Assembly (NCBI GenBank): GCA_016188295.1
Contig: JACPIA010000004.1
Location: forward strand, 42,478 to 106,477
Origin: Candidatus Vogelbacteria bacterium
GTDB lineage: Bacteria; Patescibacteriota; Minisyncoccia; Phycocordibacterales; XYD1-FULL-46-19
Reading direction: 5' to 3'
DNA: 64,000 nt
Positions 22,726 to 32,988 of this stretch are shown piece after piece. The number at the start of each line of letters is the position of its first letter. The stretch's first letter is position 1. The notes beneath the pieces were generated by a model, which was not told the DNA's origin, searched no databases, and saw nothing but the letters and a program-made list of their open reading frames with translations. A program made the translations under genes and the position numbers.

Positions 22726-23712
22726 TTATATTTGTTTAGGTCGGTAATCGGCGGGAGCGGAAACGAGATAATGTTCTAATTCTTGGCGGGTGAGGAGACC
22801 AGCTTGGGCGCCGATTTTTTGGACCACGCTCATCGAGTTAATCGGCGCCCACATTAGCGCTTCGAGCACCGTTTTACTTAAAGCCAGCGCCGAGACAAAG
22901 GTTGAGGCATAAGCGTCACCGGCTCCAGTGCGCTCTTGAGGTGGAGCAATGTCGGGGTAAGGTGGCATAAACCATTTGGTGTTGTCTGCTAAAACATAAG
23001 CGCCCTTAGGGCCATCAGTAATTAACACTATTTTTGGCCCCAATGCGGCCAGTTGAGTTAATAACTCCGGGATCTCGCCAATTACACCTAAAATCTTTTC
23101 GGCTTCTGTTTTATTACAGATAAATACTTCGGTGCGTTTATAAAGTGCAGCCAAAGCTTCTTTGCCTAATTTGATTTGGAAGGTTCCCGGTTGAAAGGCG
23201 AGTTTAACATCAGTATGAGCTGTTAAATAAGTGGCGATTTGGGTGTGAAAGTCAGTTGATGTTTCACCAAGTGAACTCAAATACAACCACTTAGGCTCAC
23301 CAATGTCAGATAAATTGTAAGGGTAAACTTCATGCTTAATTAAAATCGTCCGCTCAGCCTCGTAAGAGAGGACGTAGTGGTAATTAGTTGGTAACCCCGG
23401 ATTAGTGGCCACAAAATCGGTCGCCACTTTTTCGCCTTGTAAGGTTTTAATAATTAATTCGCCGTTTTGATCTTGTCCCACATTACTCACTAAAGCGCTG
23501 GCCAATCCTAAACGAGCTGCACTCACCGCCGCATTAGCACTATTACCTACCGCTGGCACCACCGTGACGGACTCATAAGGGATTTTCTCGCCAAAGGCGA
23601 CGCACAACTTACATTGCTCTTTATTGAGATCACAATTAATCTCGGCGTCTTTAAGTTTAATAAAAGCGTCAACTACCGTATCACCAATAGCCACTAAATC
23701 GTAATTAGTCAT
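22726..23712 (-). CDS. PfkB-family carbohydrate kinase (ribokinase/fructokinase-like)
   Basis: N-term AIGDTVVD, PAVGNSANAAV, C-terminal GAGDAYASTF anion-hole motif. Confidence 0.75.
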   Translation of the reverse strand: MTNYDLVAIGDTVVDAFIKLKDAEINCDLNKEQCKLCVAFGEKIPYESVTVVPAVGNSANAAVSAARLGLASALVSNVGQDQNGELIIKTLQGEKVATDFVATNPGLPTNYHYVLSYEAERTILIKHEVYPYNLSDIGEPKWLYLSSLGETSTDFHTQIATYLTAHTDVKLAFQPGTFQIKLGKEALAALYKRTEVFICNKTEAEKILGVIGEIPELLTQLAALGPKIVLITDGPKGAYVLADNTKWFMPPYPDIAPPQERTGAGDAYASTFVSALALSKTVLEALMWAPINSMSVVQKIGAQAGLLTRQELEHYLVSAPADYRPKQI

Positions 23713-23729
23713 GATATACTCCAGTATAT

Positions 23730-24587
23730 ATGAAAAGTTTGCGTGAGGTAATACAAGCGGTGGTGGTCAGCAAGACGGCGGTCGGGCACTTTAACTTTTG
23801 CGACATGGTGGGCTTGTATGGTATTGCTCAAGCGGCGAGGGAAAAGGGTGTGCCGGTGATTTTAGGCTTATCTGAAAGTGAGCGTGACTTTGTGGGGGTG
23901 CACCAAGCTGTCGCCCTCGTGGACTCGCTTAGGACCCAATATAATCAGGAACTTTTTTTAAACGCGGATCACACTAAAAGTTTAGAAAAGGCTAAAGAAG
24001 CGATCGAGGCTGGTTTTGATGCTGTCCTTTTTGATGGTAGTGGACTCTCATATGAAGAAAATGTCCGCCAAACCAAACAAGTGGTGGAGTATGCCAAAGC
24101 GGCTGGTCGAGAGGTGATCGTGGAAGGAGAGCTTGGTTATATTGGTATGTCATCACAAGTGCTGACCGACATCCCTGTGGGTGTGGATTTGACTGATGGT
24201 TTAACAACTGCCGAGGAGGCGGCCAAATTTGTGGCCGAGACTGGGGTCGACTTACTGGCGCCAGCCGTGGGTAATATCCATGGCATGCTCGCTGGGCGGC
24301 CAGATCCAAGCCTTAATCAAGGGTTAGTCCAAAGCATTGCCGAGGCGGTAAAAGTGTCTCTAGTACTCCATGGAGCCTCTGGTAATAGTCCGGAGGATAT
24401 TAAGGCTGCGATTGCCGCTGGGGTGGCCATCGTCCACGTTAATACTGAGCTTAGGGTGGCTTACCGGGATGCTCTTAAACGGACACTTCAGGCTGAGCCG
24501 GACGAAGTGGCTCCTTATAAAATCTTAAAACCGGCCATCCAGGCAGTGGCCGAGGTGGTGGCCGCTAAGCTCGCAATTTTGAGCTAA
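23730..24587 (+). CDS. fba: class II fructose/tagatose-bisphosphate aldolase
   Basis: 285 aa; class II aldolase His/zinc ligand layout (GHFNF..., LHGASG). Confidence 0.85.
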   Translation: MKSLREVIQAVVVSKTAVGHFNFCDMVGLYGIAQAAREKGVPVILGLSESERDFVGVHQAVALVDSLRTQYNQELFLNADHTKSLEKAKEAIEAGFDAVLFDGSGLSYEENVRQTKQVVEYAKAAGREVIVEGELGYIGMSSQVLTDIPVGVDLTDGLTTAEEAAKFVAETGVDLLAPAVGNIHGMLAGRPDPSLNQGLVQSIAEAVKVSLVLHGASGNSPEDIKAAIAAGVAIVHVNTELRVAYRDALKRTLQAEPDEVAPYKILKPAIQAVAEVVAAKLAILS

Positions 24588-24611
24588 GTGTGGTAAGATC
24601 GATCTGTTAAT

Positions 24612-24683
24612 CGCGGGGAGGAGTAACGGTTGCTCGCAAGGCTCATAACCTTGAGGTAGTGGGTTCAATTCCCGCCCCCGCAA
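24612..24683 (+). tRNA. tRNA-Met (anticodon CAT), initiator-like: C1.A72 mismatch
   Basis: hand-folded cloverleaf: acceptor CGCGGGG/CCCCGCA with 1:72 C.A, anticodon arm CAAGG-CTCATAA-CCTTG, T-loop TTCAATT. Confidence 0.8.
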
Positions 24684-24696
24684 CAAGTATTTTCGG

Positions 24697-24770
24697 CGCA
24701 GACGACGAGACTTGAACTCGCAACCTCTCCCGTGACAGGGGAGTGCTCTAACCAGTTGAGCTACGTCTGC
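24697..24770 (-). tRNA. tRNA-Asp (anticodon GTC)
   Basis: reverse complement folds: GCAGACG...anticodon loop CTGTCAC...TTCAAGT...CGTCTGC-G. Confidence 0.85.
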
Positions 24771-25105
24771 AAACGTTACTTATCCTAGCGTGTTTGAGTC
24801 ATTTTTTCAACCGTACCTGCTTTACTTTTCTCTATCCCCAAAATACCCCTTAAGTTGCTTTTTTACAAATCGATGTCCAGCGCCACTTTTTAAAAATTTC
24901 TCTCGACCGAGGGTATCACCTTTGTTTAAATACATTTCAGCATAAATCAACCTTTATACCAAAGTCTTATCTATTTGGTCCTCAAGTATATACACAACAA
25001 ACGACATAACTCGTAAAATAAAATGGATTTTTTCCATTTTATCACGAGACACGTAAAACACTGGGTCCTCATGGCTGCGCCACGTGAACACGCAGTGTTT
25101 TTACG

Positions 25106-25182
25106 TGGTGCCGATGGCTGGACTCGAACCAGCGACCTAGCGCTTATGAAACGCTCGCTCTAACCACCTGAGCTACATCGGC
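25106..25182 (-). tRNA. tRNA-Met or tRNA-Ile2 (anticodon CAT), CCA encoded
   Basis: GCCGATG...anticodon loop TTCATAA...T-loop TTCGAGT...CATCGGC-A-CCA. Confidence 0.85.
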
Positions 25183-25264
25183 AATTTACCAATTAATCCA
25201 TAAAATAGGCCAAAAATCAAACCAGGGCTTGCTTTTTGTTTGCATTTATGCTAATCTAAAAAAG

Positions 25265-25350
25265 GAGTTCCATCCTCGGTAGTGTTAGAGTTGACGAGCT
25301 CCGAGCCTCCAAGCTGCCGGTCTCCCCCTGGGCCGGCAGCCAATTTTTTA
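25265..25350 (+). ncRNA. candidate small RNA (about 85 nt) between tRNA genes
   Basis: putative promoter TTGCTT-17-TAATCT (25230-25258) and strong hairpin GCTGCCGG...CCGGCAGC + T-run at about 25311-25350; second hairpin-T-run 25357-25385; no credible ORF. Confidence 0.2.
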
Positions 25351-25385
25351 ACCAATCCCCCAGCTATTACAGTGGGGGTTTTTAG

Positions 25386-25414
25386 TTGAAAAATTGCGCT
25401 AAATGTAATACTAT
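25386..25414 (+). promoter_or_regulatory. sigma70-like promoter TTGAAA-17-TACTAT for tRNA-Thr/tRNA-Thr/prfB transcript
   Basis: hexamers and spacing read directly. Confidence 0.5.
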
Positions 25415-25449
25415 ATTTGTTGTGTTTTTTGAAAATTACATAAGTCAAA

Positions 25450-25525
25450 GCCAATGTAGCTCAGCTGGTAGAGCATCCCCATGGTAAGGGGAAGGTCCCC
25501 GGTTCAAACCCGGGCATTGGCTCCA
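25450..25525 (+). tRNA. tRNA-Thr (anticodon GGT)
   Basis: GCCAATG...anticodon loop ATGGTAA...TTCAAAC...CATTGGC-T-CCA. Confidence 0.85.
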
Positions 25526-25537
25526 GAAAAATTAAAC

Positions 25538-25612
25538 GCGCCACCTTAGCTCAGCTGGTAGAGCAATGCTTTCGTAAAGCAAAGGTCCCCGGTTCGACTC
25601 CGGGAGGTGGCT
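25538..25612 (+). tRNA. tRNA-Thr (anticodon CGT)
   Basis: GCGCCAC...anticodon loop TTCGTAA...TTCGACT...AGGTGGC-T; prfB ATG begins 2 nt after discriminator. Confidence 0.85.
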
Positions 25613-25613
25613 C

Positions 25614-26486
25614 ATGAAGGATCTTAAAAATAAGATTGTTAAATTAGAAGCCCAAATGATGGAGGCGGATTTTTGGGCTGATAAAATTAGGGCTCAAGAG
25701 ATTATTAAAGAACTCTCCGAGCTTAAAGACAAATTAGCGGGGCAGGGTAAATATGATGTTGGTAACGCTATTTTAACTCTTTTGGCTGGGGCCGGCGGTG
25801 ATGATGCCGAGGATTTTGTAGCGATGCTCTACGAGATGTATTCGCGCTTTGCCACTCGGCGTGGTTTTAGCCTGAAAATTATCCATAAAAATGTCAATGA
25901 CCAGGGCGGTTATCGCAATATTACCGCTCTAGTCGAGGGTAAAGGAGTCTATGGTATACTAAAAAAGGAGTCAGGAGTACATCGTCTGGTACGACTGTCT
26001 CCATTCAATAGTAAATCATTGCGACACACCTCATTTGCTCTAGTGGAAGTGATACCGGAGTTGCCAAAAGTGAGTGAGGTGGAAATCCTTGAGGCTGATT
26101 TGCGTCTTGAGTTTGCCCGCTCCAGTGGTCCCGGTGGACAAAATGTTAATAAGCGTGAGACGTCAGTCCGGGTGGTCCATATCCCCACCGGCCTGGCCGT
26201 CCACTGTGAATCCGAACGTTCCCAAGCGCAAAATAAAGAGCGAGCGCTCCAGATCTTGTCCGGTAAATTGTATAAAAAATTATTGGAGGCAAAAGAAAAA
26301 GAATCTAATACTATGAAGTTGTCACAAACAACCGATATTGAGTGGGGTAATCAGATTAGGTCTTACGTGTTACATCCATACAAATTAATTAAGGACCATC
26401 GCACTGGTGTTGAGGAGCGTGATGTAGATAAGGTGTTAGAGGAGGGTAATTTAGACGAGTTTGTTGAGGCGGAACAAAATATTTAA
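25614..26486 (+). CDS. prfB: peptide chain release factor 2, short form without programmed +1 frameshift
   Basis: SPF tripeptide motif (LSPFNSK), GGQ motif (SSGPGGQNVNK); single continuous ORF. Confidence 0.85.
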   Translation: MKDLKNKIVKLEAQMMEADFWADKIRAQEIIKELSELKDKLAGQGKYDVGNAILTLLAGAGGDDAEDFVAMLYEMYSRFATRRGFSLKIIHKNVNDQGGYRNITALVEGKGVYGILKKESGVHRLVRLSPFNSKSLRHTSFALVEVIPELPKVSEVEILEADLRLEFARSSGPGGQNVNKRETSVRVVHIPTGLAVHCESERSQAQNKERALQILSGKLYKKLLEAKEKESNTMKLSQTTDIEWGNQIRSYVLHPYKLIKDHRTGVEERDVDKVLEEGNLDEFVEAEQNI

Positions 26487-26492
26487 ATAATT

Positions 26493-27173
26493 ATGATTTA
26501 TTTTGATAAAGTGAGTAAGGTTTACCCGGGTGATGTGGTCGCTTTAGCTGATCTCTCTTTTGCAATCGAACCAGGTGAGTTTGTTTCGGTAGTGGGCCAT
26601 TCGGGCTCGGGTAAAACCACTTTAATTAAGATGATTTTAGCCGAGGATGTACCATCGATGGGCCAGGTTTTTTTTGAATCGTCGGATATTCATAAACTTA
26701 ATCATAAAGAATTACCCAAATTACGGCGGCGGATTGGTAGTGTCTTCCAAGATTTTCGATTGTTGCCTAATAAAACAGTATACGAGAATATCGCTTTTAC
26801 CATGGAGGCGGCCGGGCGGACGGATGAGGAAATTGCCTCCGATGTGCCACATGTTTTAGAATTGGTTGGTTTGGGGAATAAATTATGGAGTTTTCCCCGC
26901 GAGCTCTCTGGCGGTGAGCGTCAGCGGGTGGCCATTGCCCGAGCGATTGTTAATCAGCCCGATTTATTAATTGCCGATGAACCAACCGGTAATCTTGATC
27001 CTCTTAACGCTAATGACATTATTCAGATTTTTAAAAAAATTAATGACATTGGTACCACGGTGTTGCTAGCCACTCACGACAAAGGTATTATTGACTCGTT
27101 AGGTCGGCGGGTATTGACTCTAGAGAACGGTCGTTTGATCCGTGACAATAAACAAGGACGTTACGTTTTGTAA
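26493..27173 (+). CDS. ftsE: cell-division ABC ATPase FtsE
   Basis: Walker A GHSGSGKTT, ABC signature LSGGERQRV, Walker B LLIADEPTGNLD. Confidence 0.9.
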   Translation: MIYFDKVSKVYPGDVVALADLSFAIEPGEFVSVVGHSGSGKTTLIKMILAEDVPSMGQVFFESSDIHKLNHKELPKLRRRIGSVFQDFRLLPNKTVYENIAFTMEAAGRTDEEIASDVPHVLELVGLGNKLWSFPRELSGGERQRVAIARAIVNQPDLLIADEPTGNLDPLNANDIIQIFKKINDIGTTVLLATHDKGIIDSLGRRVLTLENGRLIRDNKQGRYVL

Positions 27174-27186
27174 TTAATTATCTATT

Positions 27187-28092
27187 ATGCGCACCATCAT
27201 TAAACGAATTTTTAAATCAGGTTTCATTAATTTTTGGCGCAATGGAGTGGTTTCGATCGCTTCTATTTTAGTGATGACAGTAACGCTGTTTGTGATCGGC
27301 TCATTGGTTTTAGCGGCCGCTTTCCTCTCGGCCTCACTAACTGAAGTGCAGAGTAAAGTCGATATCAGTGTCTCTTTTAAGGTGGATGCTTCTCTTGAGG
27401 AAATTAAAGCTTTACAGCGAGACTTGATGGTCCTGCCGGAGGTCAAAGAAGTGGCGCTCTCGACTCGTGAGGAAGAATTAACCTTATTTAGAGAGCGACA
27501 CAAAGATAATAATTTATTACTCCAATCACTCGATGAGGTTGGTAATCCGTTCGGAGCCCGGCTCAATATTAAGGCGGTCAATCCAACCCAATATGAATCG
27601 ATCGCTACTTTTTTAACTAATCAAGACTCGGATAGCGCGGCTATTATAGATCAAGTCAGTTTTAAAAAAGATGTCGTCGACAAATTGCTCGCGATTACCA
27701 ACTCATTGCGTCGAGTTGGTTTAGCCGTTAGTATCGTGCTGATCATTACCTCAATTTTGGTGATGTTTAATACCACTTCGTTAGCTATTTATATTGCGCG
27801 CGAGGAGATTTCGGTGATGCGTTTGGTTGGAGCAGAGACCAGTTACGTCCGGGGACCGTTTATGGTCGAGGCTATTATCTCGGGATTAATTGCCTCGTTA
27901 GTGGCGATGCTCTTACTTTACCCGGCGGTATTATGGGTTCGTAATGCCACCCTTGGAGTCTATGGCGGAATCAATTTACTGTCTTATTATTTAAGTAATT
28001 TCTTTTATCTCTTTTTAATGTTATTGACTGCTGGGGTGACACTAGGAGCAGTAGCCAGCTTTTTAGCTATTCGTAAGTACATGAAGGTCTAA
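27187..28092 (+). CDS. ftsX: cell-division permease-like FtsX
   Basis: 301 aa, N-terminal TM, periplasmic domain, 3 C-terminal TM; adjacent to ftsE. Confidence 0.8.
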   Translation: MRTIIKRIFKSGFINFWRNGVVSIASILVMTVTLFVIGSLVLAAAFLSASLTEVQSKVDISVSFKVDASLEEIKALQRDLMVLPEVKEVALSTREEELTLFRERHKDNNLLLQSLDEVGNPFGARLNIKAVNPTQYESIATFLTNQDSDSAAIIDQVSFKKDVVDKLLAITNSLRRVGLAVSIVLIITSILVMFNTTSLAIYIAREEISVMRLVGAETSYVRGPFMVEAIISGLIASLVAMLLLYPAVLWVRNATLGVYGGINLLSYYLSNFFYLFLMLLTAGVTLGAVASFLAIRKYMKV

Positions 28093-28096
28093 ACTT

Positions 28097-29749
28097 ATGG
28101 CCGCTAAAAAACACAAATATATCTTCGTCATCGGAGGCGTGATGTCAGGTGTCGGTAAAGGAGTAACTACTTCGTCAATCGGCAAAATTTTACAAGCGAG
28201 AGGATTTAGGATCAATGCCATGAAGATTGACCCTTATTTAAATGTCGATGCCGGGACAATGAATCCAATTGAACATGGTGAGGTCTTTGTTCTTGACTCT
28301 GGACTGGAGTGCGATCAAGATATGGGTAATTACGAGCGTTTTTTGGATACTTCGATTCCGGCCGAGAATTATATGACCAGTGGTATGGTCTATAAATATG
28401 TAATCGACAAAGAGCGGGCGCTCGAGTATGGCGGCAAATGTGTGGATCCGGTACCTTTTATTTGTGGCGAGATTTTACGACGGATCAAACTCTCGACCGA
28501 GAAGACCGACTCCGATATTACGGTGGTGGAAATTGGCGGTACCGCGGGCGAATATCAGAATACTTTATTCATTGAAGCGGCTCGGATTTTAAAACTTAAA
28601 CATCCGGACGATGTAGTGTTTGTGTTAGTGAGTTATTTACCAGTACCTGACAAAATAGGAGAAATGAAGACTAAACCGACTCAATATGCAGTGCGGACTT
28701 TAAATTCTTATGGTGTTCATCCTGACATTATTGTTGCTCGGAGTGATCGACCGCTGGATAAAAAACGGAAGGAAAAAATCGCCTTTTCCAGTAATGTGCC
28801 AGTGGATAATATTATCTCTGCCCCGGACGTGGATTCCATTTACGATATTCCTCTTAATTTTGAAAAAGACGGATTATCAACGACCTTGCTTAAATTACTG
28901 AAAACTAAACCTAAGCAGACTGATTTGGCGGAGTGGCATCGTTTTGTTACTAAATTAAAAAAAGCTAAAGATGAGGTTAAAATTGCTATGGTCGGCAAAT
29001 ATTTTAAAACCGGTGATTTCATTCTCTCTGATGTCTATATCTCGATTATCGAGTCGCTTAAGCATGCCGCCACCGCCAATGGTAAAAAATTAAAATTAGA
29101 GTGGCTCTCGGCGATGGATTATGAGGAAACTCCTCATAAATTAAAAGAGTTGTCTGGTTTTGATGGTGTTTTGGTGCCTGGTGGCTTTGGCGAACGCGGG
29201 GTGGAGGGTAAAATTAAAGCCATTCAATATGCCCGAGAGAATAGTATTCCCTATTTTGGCTTATGTTATGGAATGCAATTGGCGGTGATTGAATATGCTC
29301 GTCATCTGGCTGGACTTAAAGATGCGCATACTACTGAGGTTAATCCTGACACCCAGTCGCCGGTCATTGATATTATGGAAGACCAAAAAGAGAAAATGGC
29401 CACTAAAAATTATGGTGGCAGTATGCGTTTAGGAGCTTACCCCGCTAGTTTAAAAGTCGGTACCATTGCCCGCGAGGCCTATAAGGCGGAAAAGATTAGC
29501 GAGCGTCATCGTCATCGCTTTGAGGTTAATCCCGCTTTTGTTAGTGTGTTGGAGGAGAAAGGATTGGTCTTTTCTGGCACCTCACCGGATCGCCGTTTGA
29601 TGGAAATTGCTGAATTACCTAAAAAAATTCATCCGTTTTTTGTTGGGGTTCAATTTCATCCCGAGTTTAAATCATCACCACTTAAACCTCATCCGCTGTT
29701 TGTCGCTTTTATCAAAGCTGCCGCCGAGCGCGCTAAAAGACGTCAATAA
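28097..29749 (+). CDS. pyrG: CTP synthase
   Basis: 550 aa; N-terminal synthetase domain, C-terminal glutamine amidotransferase (GLCYGMQ, HRHRFEVN). Confidence 0.95.
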   Translation: MAAKKHKYIFVIGGVMSGVGKGVTTSSIGKILQARGFRINAMKIDPYLNVDAGTMNPIEHGEVFVLDSGLECDQDMGNYERFLDTSIPAENYMTSGMVYKYVIDKERALEYGGKCVDPVPFICGEILRRIKLSTEKTDSDITVVEIGGTAGEYQNTLFIEAARILKLKHPDDVVFVLVSYLPVPDKIGEMKTKPTQYAVRTLNSYGVHPDIIVARSDRPLDKKRKEKIAFSSNVPVDNIISAPDVDSIYDIPLNFEKDGLSTTLLKLLKTKPKQTDLAEWHRFVTKLKKAKDEVKIAMVGKYFKTGDFILSDVYISIIESLKHAATANGKKLKLEWLSAMDYEETPHKLKELSGFDGVLVPGGFGERGVEGKIKAIQYARENSIPYFGLCYGMQLAVIEYARHLAGLKDAHTTEVNPDTQSPVIDIMEDQKEKMATKNYGGSMRLGAYPASLKVGTIAREAYKAEKISERHRHRFEVNPAFVSVLEEKGLVFSGTSPDRRLMEIAELPKKIHPFFVGVQFHPEFKSSPLKPHPLFVAFIKAAAERAKRRQ

Positions 29750-29754
29750 ACGAG

Positions 29755-29795
29755 GACTCTCTCCTCGGTATCCGAGGAGAGAGTCCTCGGGAGTT
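29755..29795. terminator. perfect palindrome (gaggactctctcctcgg-tatc-cgaggagagagtcctc) between convergent pyrG and DEAD-box helicase; likely bidirectional terminator
   Basis: 17-bp perfect inverted repeat read directly. Confidence 0.6.
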
Positions 29796-31050
29796 ACTCC
29801 ACAAAAGTGAGAGCAAAGCCTTTGGCCCCGGCCCGGCCGGTCCGGCCAATTCGATGGACGTAGTCATCATAAGTGGAAGGAAGGTCATAGTTGATGACGT
29901 GACTCACCCTGGTAATATCCAAACCTCGAGCGGCCACATCAGTCGCAACTAAAATTTTAGCGTGACTGTCTTTAAATAATTTAAGCGCTTTTTGGCGTTG
30001 ACCATGATTTTTGTCGCCATGGATGGACTCGGCGGCAAAACCGCGTTCTTTTAAAGCGCGCGACAAACGCTCGACGCCAAATTTAGTTTGACCAAAAATG
30101 AGGACACGATCAAAGCCTGGTTTAATTAATAAGTTATGCAAAACATCAATTTTATTTTGACCAGATGGAATACGCACAATATCTTGATCCACTTGCTTGG
30201 AGGTCTCACCAGTTTTAACCGAGACGCGCGCTGGCTCTTTAAGGAAGGCGCCGATTAAAGTTTCAATCTCGCGCGACATTGTCGCTGAGAAGAAGAGCGT
30301 GTGATGCACTGCCGGCATACCGGCCACTAAAAAGCGGACCTCATCGATAAAGCCCATATCAAGCATTCGATCAGCCTCGTCTAAAACAATACTTTGGTAA
30401 AAAGAGAGGTTAATCACTTTGCGCTCGATTAAATCACGCAAGCGTCCGGGTGTGCCGATTAAAAAGTGATGGCGGCGGGAGAGGGCATTAATTTGCCGGC
30501 CGATGGGTGCGCCACCCACCACACAGACGCCAAAAATATTTAAGCCGGTAGTAAAACCACGAAGTTCGTCCTCAATTTGGATCGCCAACTCACGCGTGGG
30601 TACTACTACTAAAATGCGTTGGCGCGGATCCATAATCACTTTGTTGATAAGAGGGATTAAAAAAGCGGCGGTTTTACCGGTGCCGGTATTAGCAATACCA
30701 ACTACATCCAAACCACGCAATACGTGAGGGATAATTTTATCTTGAATCGGGGTTGGTAACTCATAGTCCTTATCTAAAATATTTTTCTTTAACCGGTTAT
30801 CAATACTAAAGTCGGTAAATTTATGCTCGGGGACAAAGTGCTCTACCGCCTCGGTGATGACTGCTTTATTAATAAAGCGGGAGACGTCGATGTGTTGGCC
30901 AAATCTCCGCCGGTTGGCGGAGTTATTGCCGCCACCACGCTTTCCGCCAGTGGGCGGATTAAATCTACCGCCGCTTTTGGGGCGGGAGTGAGGACGACTA
31001 AAACGACTAGCGGACCCGCCACGATGGGGCGAAGAGTGCTTATTATACAT
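29794..31050 (-). CDS. DEAD-box ATP-dependent RNA helicase with N-terminal R/G-rich extension
   Basis: Q motif, AxTGTGKT, DEAD (VLDEADRMLDMGF), SAT, HRIGRTGRAG. Confidence 0.9.
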   Translation of the reverse strand: MYNKHSSPHRGGSASRFSRPHSRPKSGGRFNPPTGGKRGGGNNSANRRRFGQHIDVSRFINKAVITEAVEHFVPEHKFTDFSIDNRLKKNILDKDYELPTPIQDKIIPHVLRGLDVVGIANTGTGKTAAFLIPLINKVIMDPRQRILVVVPTRELAIQIEDELRGFTTGLNIFGVCVVGGAPIGRQINALSRRHHFLIGTPGRLRDLIERKVINLSFYQSIVLDEADRMLDMGFIDEVRFLVAGMPAVHHTLFFSATMSREIETLIGAFLKEPARVSVKTGETSKQVDQDIVRIPSGQNKIDVLHNLLIKPGFDRVLIFGQTKFGVERLSRALKERGFAAESIHGDKNHGQRQKALKLFKDSHAKILVATDVAARGLDITRVSHVINYDLPSTYDDYVHRIGRTGRAGAKGFALTFVE

Positions 31051-31138
31051 AGATTCTGACGTTGTAATTAACTGATATATGGGTGAGACCCACGTATCGG
31101 TCTTACAAGAGACGTCAGATGAGATTCACTTAGTTTTG

Positions 31139-31167
31139 AGTATATATTATCTCCTTAAATAAGTCAA
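31139..31167 (-). promoter_or_regulatory. sigma70-like promoter TTGACT-17-TATACT for DEAD-box helicase gene with about 80-nt structured leader
   Basis: read on reverse complement; leader contains 8-bp inverted repeat TCTGACGT...ACGTCAGA. Confidence 0.45.
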
Positions 31168-31171
31168 TGTT

Positions 31172-32959
31172 TTAGTCTTCTTTTTTTCTTTTGACTTTAG
31201 AACGTTCGGCTTCAGTGAGGAATTGTTTGCGCAGGCGGGTACTGGTGGGGGTAATTTCTAAATACTCGTCATCAGTCATGATTTCCAACCCTCGCTCAAT
31301 AGTAATTGGGATCGGTGGAGTGAGGAAAATATTTTCATCAGAACCACTAGCTCGCATATTGGTTAATTGCTTGCCTTTAGTCGGATTAACTACCATTTCC
31401 TCGCCTTTGGCGGTGTTACCCACCACCATTCCCTCATAGACTTCGGTGTTGGCGCCAATGTAAAGAGTACCTCGAGTTTGCAAATTAGCGAGAGAGAAGG
31501 CCAATGCTTTACCACCAGTCATCGAGGTCATCGAGCCCACTTGTCGCTTCTCAATCTCACCAGCGTACGGTTTGAAGCCGATAACTCGGCTGGCAAAAAT
31601 TCCCTCCCCTTTAGTGTCAATGATAAATTGACCGCGGTAGCCCAAGAGACCACGAGTCGGCCCTTCAAAAGTCAGGCGTATCCTCGATCCATCGGGTTTC
31701 ATATTAGTCATTTGGACAGCGCGCTTAGACAACTTTTCAATCACCACGCCTTGCATCTCACTCGGTACCTCAATGGTGGCCTCCTCAAATGGTTCACTTT
31801 TTACCCCATCAATGTCTTTAATAATTACCCGTGGTTGTGACACTTGAAGCTCATAACCCTCACGACGCATATTTTCTAACAAGATCGCAATATGGAGTTC
31901 ACCTCGGCCAAAGACTTTAACGACGTCATCCTCAAAGTCGACACGCAGCCCCACATTCACTTCTAACTCTTTCAGTAAGCGTTCTCTGATTTGGCGACCG
32001 GTCACAAATTTACCTTCTCGACCAGCAAAAGGGGAGTTGTTGACTAAAAAGTTGAGAGCAATGGTTGGCTCATCAACGTGGATCACAGGCAGGGTCTCGG
32101 TGTTAGAATTATCACAAATGGTGTCACCAATATAGATATTAGGTAGACCGGCAATTAAGACAATATCACCGGCCTCCGCTTGTTCGGTCTCAACGCGTCT
32201 AATCCCGTCAAAAGTAAATAGTTTGGTGATACGACCGTTTTCGCTCTCATTGTTTGCTTTTTTAACTAACACCTGGCTACCGGTTTTAACGACTCCCTCG
32301 TAAACACGAGCGATCGCTAAGCGACCTAAAAAGTTATCATAACCTAAGTTAAAAGGTTGAGCTTTAAGTGGGGCGTCAACGTTGTGAGGCGCGACCGGTA
32401 CCTCTTCTAAAATTGCATCCAAAAGTGGTTCTAGATTTATGCGCGGGTTAGTGAGTTCCCGCATCGCTACACCCTCTTTACCAATAGCGTATACGGTTTT
32501 AAAGGCCAGTTGATCCTCGGTGGCGCCGAGATCAAAAAATAATTCTAAAATCTCATCATGGGCGCGAGCAGTGTCGGCGGCGGGTTTATCAATTTTATTT
32601 AAAATCACAATTGGTTTATGGCCAATCTCAAGTGACTTTTTAAGCACGAAGCGAGTTTGGGGCATCGGACCCTCTTGAGCATCGACTACCAATAACACCG
32701 AATCGATCGAGCGGAGCACTCGCTCGACCTCTGAGCCAAAGTCGGCGTGGCCTGGGGTATCCACGATATTGATCTTAGTATCTTTGTATTTAATCGAGGC
32801 ATTTTTAGCATAAATCGTAATACCTCGCTCTTGTTCTAAGGCATTGGAGTCCATACTAGCTCCGTCAATTACAGCACCAGTCTGACGTAAAATAGCATCA
32901 GTTAAAGTGGTTTTGCCATGGTCCACGTGGGCGATGATGGCGATATTTCTTGTATTCAT
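31172..32959 (-). CDS. typA: translational GTPase TypA/BipA
   Basis: 595 aa; AHVDHGKTT, DTPGHADF, NKID G-motifs; EF-G-like domains. Confidence 0.9.
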   Translation of the reverse strand: MNTRNIAIIAHVDHGKTTLTDAILRQTGAVIDGASMDSNALEQERGITIYAKNASIKYKDTKINIVDTPGHADFGSEVERVLRSIDSVLLVVDAQEGPMPQTRFVLKKSLEIGHKPIVILNKIDKPAADTARAHDEILELFFDLGATEDQLAFKTVYAIGKEGVAMRELTNPRINLEPLLDAILEEVPVAPHNVDAPLKAQPFNLGYDNFLGRLAIARVYEGVVKTGSQVLVKKANNESENGRITKLFTFDGIRRVETEQAEAGDIVLIAGLPNIYIGDTICDNSNTETLPVIHVDEPTIALNFLVNNSPFAGREGKFVTGRQIRERLLKELEVNVGLRVDFEDDVVKVFGRGELHIAILLENMRREGYELQVSQPRVIIKDIDGVKSEPFEEATIEVPSEMQGVVIEKLSKRAVQMTNMKPDGSRIRLTFEGPTRGLLGYRGQFIIDTKGEGIFASRVIGFKPYAGEIEKRQVGSMTSMTGGKALAFSLANLQTRGTLYIGANTEVYEGMVVGNTAKGEEMVVNPTKGKQLTNMRASGSDENIFLTPPIPITIERGLEIMTDDEYLEITPTSTRLRKQFLTEAERSKVKRKKED

Positions 32960-32988
32960 GATGTAGAAAGATTACTATACCTAATATT